This document shows positions 57,635-64,000 of a stretch of DNA of 64,000 nt, piece after piece. The notes beneath the pieces were generated by a model, which had not been told where the DNA came from, searched no databases, and saw only the letters and a program-made list of their open reading frames with translations. Within the stretch, counting starts at the first letter, position 1; each line of letters opens with the position of its first letter. Source of the stretch: Eubacteriales bacterium (lineage in GTDB: Bacteria; Bacillota; Clostridia; Oscillospirales; CAG-272); NCBI GenBank assembly GCA_045659905.1, contig JAZRCT010000039.1, positions 8,331-72,330 on the forward strand, given 5' to 3'. Position numbers and translations under genes: made by a program.

Positions 57635-60184
57635 ATGGAAGACAACATGCTTTACTTAACCGGTCTGTGCCCCTACTGCTCCTGCGCTCTTGATTACTCA
57701 GAGGACGCAAAGGCAGTAAAATGCCATTCCTGCGGAGCTATCATTCCTACTCTTAAGCTTGAGCTTGCCGATACCGCACTCGATGCAGGCAAGGAGAGCG
57801 ACTCTGAAAAAAGAATTGCCGAGGGGGTTATCTCTGCTGAGGCAGGTCTTGCCTATATCGGCAACGTTTTTGAGGACTACGATTGGGCAGGCTTTGCAGA
57901 AACCGAGAATTTGACTATTCCGCCTCTTGACGCTATTGCAGAATCCTGCAAGGTGAAGTTCTCTACCGACCCTATCACATATATTCTTGATTTCAGACGC
58001 ATAGCTGTTCCCGTAATCAAAAAGGTTGAGGGACTTGAGCTTCTTGAAATAGAAATCATACGCAATTACAAGAGCGACGACGTATCGGATTACTTTGAGT
58101 ATTTCGACACCTACGCATCTATCACTCGTGCAATCGCCGACAGCCGTGAGGCTATCTGCGATGAGCTTGCCGCAAATATCCGTCTTGCAAAGAAATTCGG
58201 AGCAGACGAGCTTATTATAGACGACCTTGAGCGCTCGCTTGAAGCTTTCAGGGAAATGGTTGCCAAGGTAAAGGCGGTTACTCACATTTCCGAAATTGAA
58301 AGCTACGGCAAGGCAAAGGCGGTAAAGGACCAGAAGCTTGTCGAAAAGCTCCGTGAAGGAAAAATCGACGCAAAGAAGACCTACGAAAAAGCACTCGAGC
58401 TTCTCGACGCTGGTGAAATTGACAATGCGCTTCACCTGCTTAACGCAATTTTCGGATACGGCGATTCCGAGGAAATTATAAGAAAGCACTCAACTACCTT
58501 CACCTTCAACAGCGAGCTTGTTGAAATGGCGGGCAAGCGCTATCTTATGGTAAACAGAGAAATTCCCGAATTCGACGTTAAAAACCCCGACCAATACGGA
58601 ATTGAGTTCGTAAGCACGCTTCACGAAATCAAGGATGGCGTTCCCGAGAGCGCACCTGCCGTATCACAGATTTCAAGACTTATCGGCTGCTACGGCACTA
58701 AGATTTATTTCGTAAGAAACAACGAAAAAATCTGCTATTTCGATACGCTTGATACCGAGCTTTATGCAAACGTTGTCGACCTTGACACTACTCAAAGAGG
58801 CGATTACGTTATAGACGAGTATCACCCTATAAGATTTTCTTCTGACAGAAGCAAGTTCTTCATTTGCAAGAAGCTTCGTGACGAAATGCGCCGAGGCTGC
58901 TTCGGCAGAAAGAAAAAGGTTAAGAACGGCATAAGCCGTCAGAATAATTACTCGGTAGTGCTGGTTGATATGAATAGCTGCACCTCTCGCACTATTCTTC
59001 CCGCCATTATCGACGTAATGGATTTCTTCGACGACAAGCTTTTCTATACCACGGTATCCGAGGGTAGCGCGCCTTCGTTCCGCATATGCAATATCGAGGA
59101 CGGCACAAACGATTCTATACTAGATGCTGATTGCGTTATCCACAATGTTTCCGACGGAAGGATTATATATTCTCTTTGGGCGCCCAGCCGCTACAATATG
59201 GATATATACTCTATCGATATTGAAACTAAGGAAAAATCGCTCATTGACACCAACATAAGAGATTATTACACTACCTTCAATCAGAAGGTATATTACACCG
59301 TCGGCAACGACAGCTACAACCGTCTTTACTCGGCTAACTACGACGGCAGCGAACGTCTTGAAATTATGGAAAATGCAGGCAGAATCTGCATGCTCCGTGC
59401 AGGCTGGATATACTACGTAAGCGGCGAGGGGCGCAACGCCTGCCTTATGAAGGTAAGCACAGACGGAAGGCACAATCTCCTCGTTGCATCAAAATTCGAC
59501 CGTCTTGTAAAAATGGCAAACGGCTTCATTTACTACGTAAGCACGGCAGACGAGCTTCGTGTAGTTCGCTCCGACGGACTTTGCAACAAGCGCATTACCG
59601 ACTCGGTTGCTAAGGAGCAGATTATAATCGACGAGAATAACGTATACTGCTTAAGATACGAATTCGTTGGCGAGCTTGACGGCGATGCCGAAGGCAAGGC
59701 TTACTCGCTCTACTCAACCGACCTTGAGGGCAAGAATCTTCGCAAGGTTGCCTTTGGCGTAGTATCTATGAAGGAATACGACAAGTCGGCTATTTATCTT
59801 TGCAAGAAGAACAACGTTGATTACGTAGTCACCACCCCCGTAGGCAAGAAGGGCTCTAAGGTTGAGAATATTACCCGTGAGATTACCACCTACTGCTCGT
59901 TTGATAAGAGCACACGAAAGCTTGAAACGCTTGTCACGCTCGGAATACCTACCGCATCCTCTATCACCGTAAGAAGCGGATGCCTGCGCCGCAAGAAGGT
60001 AAGAAAAGCTACCGTTAACGAATTGCCCCACTCGGCAAGATACGTAAGAGTAGGTCTTTCAAAGCAGGGAGCGGTTCTCGACGAGGAATACCGTGAGCGT
60101 GAGGCTCTTAAGCAGGCGAAGATTGACCGCAAGAATGAAAGAAAGGCAGAAAAGGCGAGAATCAAGGCCGCAAAAAAGGCTTAA
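57635..60184 (+). CDS. 849-aa protein: N-terminal Zn ribbon, helical/TPR-like region, DUF5050-like beta-propeller, basic tail
   Basis: CPYC..CHSC, YEKALELL...GYGDSEE, repeated IYY/VYY/GWIYY blades; AAAGGAG RBS; no signal peptide. Confidence 0.75.
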   Translation: MEDNMLYLTGLCPYCSCALDYSEDAKAVKCHSCGAIIPTLKLELADTALDAGKESDSEKRIAEGVISAEAGLAYIGNVFEDYDWAGFAETENLTIPPLDAIAESCKVKFSTDPITYILDFRRIAVPVIKKVEGLELLEIEIIRNYKSDDVSDYFEYFDTYASITRAIADSREAICDELAANIRLAKKFGADELIIDDLERSLEAFREMVAKVKAVTHISEIESYGKAKAVKDQKLVEKLREGKIDAKKTYEKALELLDAGEIDNALHLLNAIFGYGDSEEIIRKHSTTFTFNSELVEMAGKRYLMVNREIPEFDVKNPDQYGIEFVSTLHEIKDGVPESAPAVSQISRLIGCYGTKIYFVRNNEKICYFDTLDTELYANVVDLDTTQRGDYVIDEYHPIRFSSDRSKFFICKKLRDEMRRGCFGRKKKVKNGISRQNNYSVVLVDMNSCTSRTILPAIIDVMDFFDDKLFYTTVSEGSAPSFRICNIEDGTNDSILDADCVIHNVSDGRIIYSLWAPSRYNMDIYSIDIETKEKSLIDTNIRDYYTTFNQKVYYTVGNDSYNRLYSANYDGSERLEIMENAGRICMLRAGWIYYVSGEGRNACLMKVSTDGRHNLLVASKFDRLVKMANGFIYYVSTADELRVVRSDGLCNKRITDSVAKEQIIIDENNVYCLRYEFVGELDGDAEGKAYSLYSTDLEGKNLRKVAFGVVSMKEYDKSAIYLCKKNNVDYVVTTPVGKKGSKVENITREITTYCSFDKSTRKLETLVTLGIPTASSITVRSGCLRRKKVRKATVNELPHSARYVRVGLSKQGAVLDEEYREREALKQAKIDRKNERKAEKARIKAAKKA

Positions 60185-60339
60185 TTCAAGTCTGTGGCGC
60201 AATAGCGCTTAATCTACTACACCGCAATTAAACTACGGCGCACGAGCGTTGTTACTTACGCCGCTTTTGGACTTTGACCTTGGATTACGGTTTGAAGAAC
60301 GAAAGCGGCGTATTATTTAAATTTTTTAGCGAGGGTTAT

Positions 60340-61275
60340 ATGGCAAAAATATATAACGGTATCGACGAGCTTATCGGCAATACTCCGCTTCTAAGGCTTA
60401 AAAGGCTTGAAAAAGCTATAAATTCTAACGCAAGAATACTTGCAAAGCTTGAAAGCTTCAATCCTGCGGGAAGCGCAAAGGACAGAATTGCCAAAAATAT
60501 GCTCGACCAAGCTGAAAGGCAGGGAAAAATAAACAAGGACACGGTAATAATCGAGCCGACCTCGGGCAATACGGGAATCGGACTTTGTATGCTCGGTGCT
60601 ATAAGAGGCTATCGGACGGTTATAGTTATGCCCGACAGTATGTCAATGGAAAGACAGATTCTTATGAAGGCATACGGCGCAGAGCTGGTGCTTACCGACG
60701 GTGCGCTTGGAATGAAGGGAGCTATTGCCAAGGCTGAGGAATTAAAGGCAGAGCTTGGCAACGCTTTTATTCCGTCGCAGTTTGAAAATCCCGACAATCC
60801 CCGCTCACACTATCTCACGACCGCAAGGGAAATATATCTTGACACCGACGGCGAGGTAGATTTTTTCGTCGCAGGAATAGGCACGGGCGGCACTGTCAGC
60901 GGTGTCGGAAGATATTTAAAGGAGAAAAATCCCCATATACGCACGATAGGCGCAGAGCCTGCTGATTCTGCGGTGCTATCGGGTAAGAAGGCGGGCGCAC
61001 ACAAGCTTCAGGGAATAGGCGCAGGCTTTATCCCCACAACGCTAGACCTTGGTGTAGTCGACGAGATTATGACGGTGACGACCGAGGACGCCTACGAATA
61101 CGCAAGAATGCTTGCAAAGGAGGAGGGCGTGCTTTGCGGAATTTCCTCGGGCGCTGCGCTCTACTGCGCAGCCACCGTTGCAAGTAGGGAGGAAAGCCGC
61201 AATAAGACGGTAGTCGTGCTTCTTCCCGATACGGGTGAAAGATATTTATCCTCCGAGCTTTTTTCGGATATTTGA
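60340..61275 (+). CDS. cysK: Cysteine synthase A
   Basis: GNTPLL, NPAGSAKDRIA, EPTSGNTG, GIGTGGT, HKLQGIGAGF, GERYLS. Confidence 0.96.
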   Translation: MAKIYNGIDELIGNTPLLRLKRLEKAINSNARILAKLESFNPAGSAKDRIAKNMLDQAERQGKINKDTVIIEPTSGNTGIGLCMLGAIRGYRTVIVMPDSMSMERQILMKAYGAELVLTDGALGMKGAIAKAEELKAELGNAFIPSQFENPDNPRSHYLTTAREIYLDTDGEVDFFVAGIGTGGTVSGVGRYLKEKNPHIRTIGAEPADSAVLSGKKAGAHKLQGIGAGFIPTTLDLGVVDEIMTVTTEDAYEYARMLAKEEGVLCGISSGAALYCAATVASREESRNKTVVVLLPDTGERYLSSELFSDI

Positions 61276-61307
61276 CAGCATTTGTTTACAGTAAAGGAAT
61301 AATTGAT

Positions 61308-61853
61308 ATGGCAAAGCCCCTACCATTTGAAAAAGAAAAGCTGATACTCGGCGTTCTTTATTATAACGAGGATATATATAATAAAGCCTTGTCGATACTT
61401 AAGGAGCACTTCGGGGAAACCGATTTTGAGACTGAGGAATTTTCCTTCTCGGAAGAATTCTCCGACTATTACGACGGCGAGCTTGGTGGAGCTGCAAGAC
61501 GCAAAATATTCAGCTTTGAAAATACGGTAGACCCATCAAGGCAGGCAGAAATCAAAAAGCTCACCAATGCGCTTGAATTTGAGCTTTCACGAGGCACGGA
61601 AAGAAAAATAAACCTAGACCCCGGATTTATGAGCCACGGCAGGGTTATGCTCGCAACTACTAAGGCTTCGGGCTTCCGCTTCCCGCTTGAGGACGGTATT
61701 TATACCGAACTTACGCTTTATTACGCCTCGGGAAGATGGCAGAAGCTGCCCTGGACCTACCGTGACTATCAGTCGGAAAGGGTACAAAGCTTCTTATATA
61801 AGGTCAGAAAGAAATATTTAACGCAAAGAAAAAGTGAAAAGATAGCAGAATAA
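61308..61853 (+). CDS. DUF4416-like protein
   Basis: SDYYDGELG, RKINLDPG, LATTK, GIYTELTL, LPWTYRDY. Confidence 0.75.
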   Translation: MAKPLPFEKEKLILGVLYYNEDIYNKALSILKEHFGETDFETEEFSFSEEFSDYYDGELGGAARRKIFSFENTVDPSRQAEIKKLTNALEFELSRGTERKINLDPGFMSHGRVMLATTKASGFRFPLEDGIYTELTLYYASGRWQKLPWTYRDYQSERVQSFLYKVRKKYLTQRKSEKIAE

Positions 61854-61900
61854 TAATATTAACACTCATAAGGCGCATACTCTTTTATTGGAGGTGCTTT

Positions 61901-63172
61901 ATGAGTGTTATTTCTTTTTTGCCTATCGTAATAGCTCTTGGAGGCTTTTATTTTCTTATAAAGCTCCGAGGTTTTTTTCTTCTGCACCCGAAATTGATAT
62001 TAAAAGAAATTTCGGCTGAATTAAAAAAGCCGAGCGCCTTTTCCTCGCTTATGCTGGCGCTTGCGGGTACGCTCGGCGTCGGGAATATAGTCGGAGTAGC
62101 TGTCGGCATATCGGTCGGGGGAATAGGCTCTGTATTCTGGCTTCTTTTATCCTCGCTTTTTTCCTCGGTGATAAAATATTGCGAGGTCGCAATCGCTACT
62201 GACAAATCAGCTGTGGGAATGGCTGCCGTAATAAGCAGGAGCTTTCGCCTGTATGGAGGTGCGCTTGCGAAAATTTACACCGTCCTATGCCTTTTACTCT
62301 CCTTGAGTATGGGAACTGCGCTCCAAGCAAGAAGCATCGGCGAGATTGCAGAGTTATCTTTTGGCGTTGCGCCTGAGGTTCTTGTGATACCACTTGTTGT
62401 CTTTCTTTTATTCTTTATGCTTGGCGGCGCTTCACTTATAGAAAAAGGCGTAAAATACATAATACCTGCGACTACTATTCTTTACATTTTAATGTGCTTA
62501 TGCATAATAATCCCCAATTTTTTCGGTATACCTGCGCTTGTATGTGATATCCTAAGCTCAGCATTTCGTGCAAGGAGTGCGTACGGCGGATTTTTAGGCT
62601 TTATCACAAGTAGTGCTCTCAAGGAAGGCTTTGCAAGGGGTATGCTTTCAAACGAGGCCGGAGCGGGCACTAGCGCTCTTGCGCACGCAAGGGCTGAAGA
62701 AAGAAGCGCCTTTACCGGGGGGCTTTTGGGTATGCTTGAGGTGCTTTTCGACACGGTAATACTCTGCCCTCTTACTGCCTTTGCCATTTTGCTTTCGGGA
62801 ATTGATTTTAACGGAATCGTTCCTGCGGCGGCGATAATCCTAGGCTTTAAATCGAGGATATTTTTCGGCGATATTTTGCTCTTTATCTGCATTCTTTTCT
62901 TCGCTTTATCCACGATTCTTTGCTGGTATTATTACGGCAGCTTTTGCTGTGAGGATTTATTCGGCAAAAGAGTCAGGGGTATTTTCGCCGTGCTGTTTAT
63001 TCTTTCCTGCATTGTCGGGCTTTTCTTCTCAACCTCGGGGCTGATATCTATATCCGATACAATACTTTTCCTTATGACGCTGATTACGCTTATAACGCTT
63101 TTTAAAAATTCGGGCAGAATATCAGAGCTTACCGATAATTTTATAAAAGAAAAAAGAGGATATCACAAATAG
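61901..63172 (+). CDS. Alanine/glycine:cation symporter family (AGCS/AlsT-like), divergent
   Basis: LAGTLGVGNIVGVA, FSNEAG-like LSNEAGAG, FDTVILC, FALSTILCWYYY. Confidence 0.85.
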   Translation: MSVISFLPIVIALGGFYFLIKLRGFFLLHPKLILKEISAELKKPSAFSSLMLALAGTLGVGNIVGVAVGISVGGIGSVFWLLLSSLFSSVIKYCEVAIATDKSAVGMAAVISRSFRLYGGALAKIYTVLCLLLSLSMGTALQARSIGEIAELSFGVAPEVLVIPLVVFLLFFMLGGASLIEKGVKYIIPATTILYILMCLCIIIPNFFGIPALVCDILSSAFRARSAYGGFLGFITSSALKEGFARGMLSNEAGAGTSALAHARAEERSAFTGGLLGMLEVLFDTVILCPLTAFAILLSGIDFNGIVPAAAIILGFKSRIFFGDILLFICILFFALSTILCWYYYGSFCCEDLFGKRVRGIFAVLFILSCIVGLFFSTSGLISISDTILFLMTLITLITLFKNSGRISELTDNFIKEKRGYHK

Positions 63173-63200
63173 GCAGTGATATCCTCGCTGAAACTAAAAA

Positions 63201-64000
63201 TTAAAGCATTCTTATTCTTGATTTTATACTCATATGAAGAGAAGCAACCTTTTCCTCGAACTCGCTCTCGCTCATCTTACCCGTAATAAATACAACCTCG
63301 TCGGCAGTCGTGGGAATAAACTTTGCATCCTTAAAAACTCTGACAACGTCCTCTCTTGAGCCCTCGGTAGCTACGTAATTTCTGCATTCAAATTCCGAAA
63401 AAGCTCTCGGCGCTTTTATTCTCACAAAGGCGGGAGTTGCGGTATTGATTCCCGAGCGCATTATCTGCATAAGGTCACCGACGACGGCAGAGGCGGTAGC
63501 ACCTGCGCCTGCGCCCTGACCGTAGAACATTACGTTGCCTATCGGGTCGCCTATTACCTCAATAGCGTTATAGACTCCCTTGACGGAGGAAAGCGGCTCC
63601 TCGTCGGGAATGAGGAAGGGGGATACCATAACGAAGGGAAGCTTGCCCTCCTCTGCTATGCATCTGCCTACCAGCTTAATACTGCAGCCAAGCTTTGAAG
63701 CCGCACTGACGTCCTCGCCTCTTATAGCGGTAATTCCCTCGGTGTGAACGCTATCGGGAGAGACGAGCTTTCCTGTGATAAGAGCTGTAAGAATAACTAT
63801 CTTACGGCAAGCGTCTATACCGAGAATATCCGCATCGGGATTTCTTTCGGCGTAGCCTCTGGCTTGCGCATCGAGAAGCGCCGATTCAAAGCTGTCGCCA
63901 AGAGAAAACATTTTAGTAAGTATATAATTCGTAGTACCGTTGAGAATACCTCGGATTTCGCTTATTTTATTCTGCTTTACACAGCTTATAATAGGCGAAA
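63201..64000 (-). CDS. hom: Homoserine dehydrogenase (5'-partial, starts beyond the window end)
   Basis: Reading continues upstream of the track ATG: GILNGTTNYILTKM; GYAERNPDAD, YGQGAGAGATASAV. Confidence 0.93.
   Translation of the reverse strand, partial: SPIISCVKQNKISEIRGILNGTTNYILTKMFSLGDSFESALLDAQARGYAERNPDADILGIDACRKIVILTALITGKLVSPDSVHTEGITAIRGEDVSAASKLGCSIKLVGRCIAEEGKLPFVMVSPFLIPDEEPLSSVKGVYNAIEVIGDPIGNVMFYGQGAGAGATASAVVGDLMQIMRSGINTATPAFVRIKAPRAFSEFECRNYVATEGSREDVVRVFKDAKFIPTTADEVVFITGKMSESEFEEKVASLHMSIKSRIRML

Noticed and set aside
60185-60339. T-box or SAM riboswitch before cysK
   Set aside because: Neither the T-box GGTGG.ACC core nor S-box conserved helices are present

Overview
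Chromosomal segment from a Bacillota (Clostridia-like) bacterium, inferred from PolC, the pyrH-frr-uppS-cdsA-dxr-rseP-ispG-polC block, MecA and NfnAB. Most of the window is housekeeping: glmM, split transketolase, a heterodimeric ABC exporter, tRNA-Trp, uvrBA-nrdG-dut, argS, yebC, plsY, tsaEB, queuosine salvage (preQ1-I riboswitch + QueT, QueG), cysK and hom. I found no transposase, integrase, reverse transcriptase, cas gene or CRISPR array. The least explained items are: (1) a ~175-bp two-armed array of variable hairpins separated by a conserved TATGG(A/C)AT linker behind tRNA-Trp; (2) a divergent-promoter locus with helically phased TCTAC/GTAGA sites, between an XRE-membrane regulator/ABC exporter and a ~100-nt transcript carrying a 15-codon ORF; (3) a ydjI/G/H-like SPFH-Zn-ribbon-TPM module with a Zn-finger/TM gene in place of pspA; (4) an out-of-context YidD paralog co-transcribed with an 849-aa Zn-ribbon/TPR/beta-propeller protein; (5) a type II CMP kinase fused to a ParB/Srx-like domain; (6) a ~1685-aa secreted protein with a duplicated C-terminal module of unknown family; (7) an AT-rich lipoprotein insertion; (8) an MFS gene broken by one in-frame TAA. 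All family calls are by eye from motifs. No database search was run.
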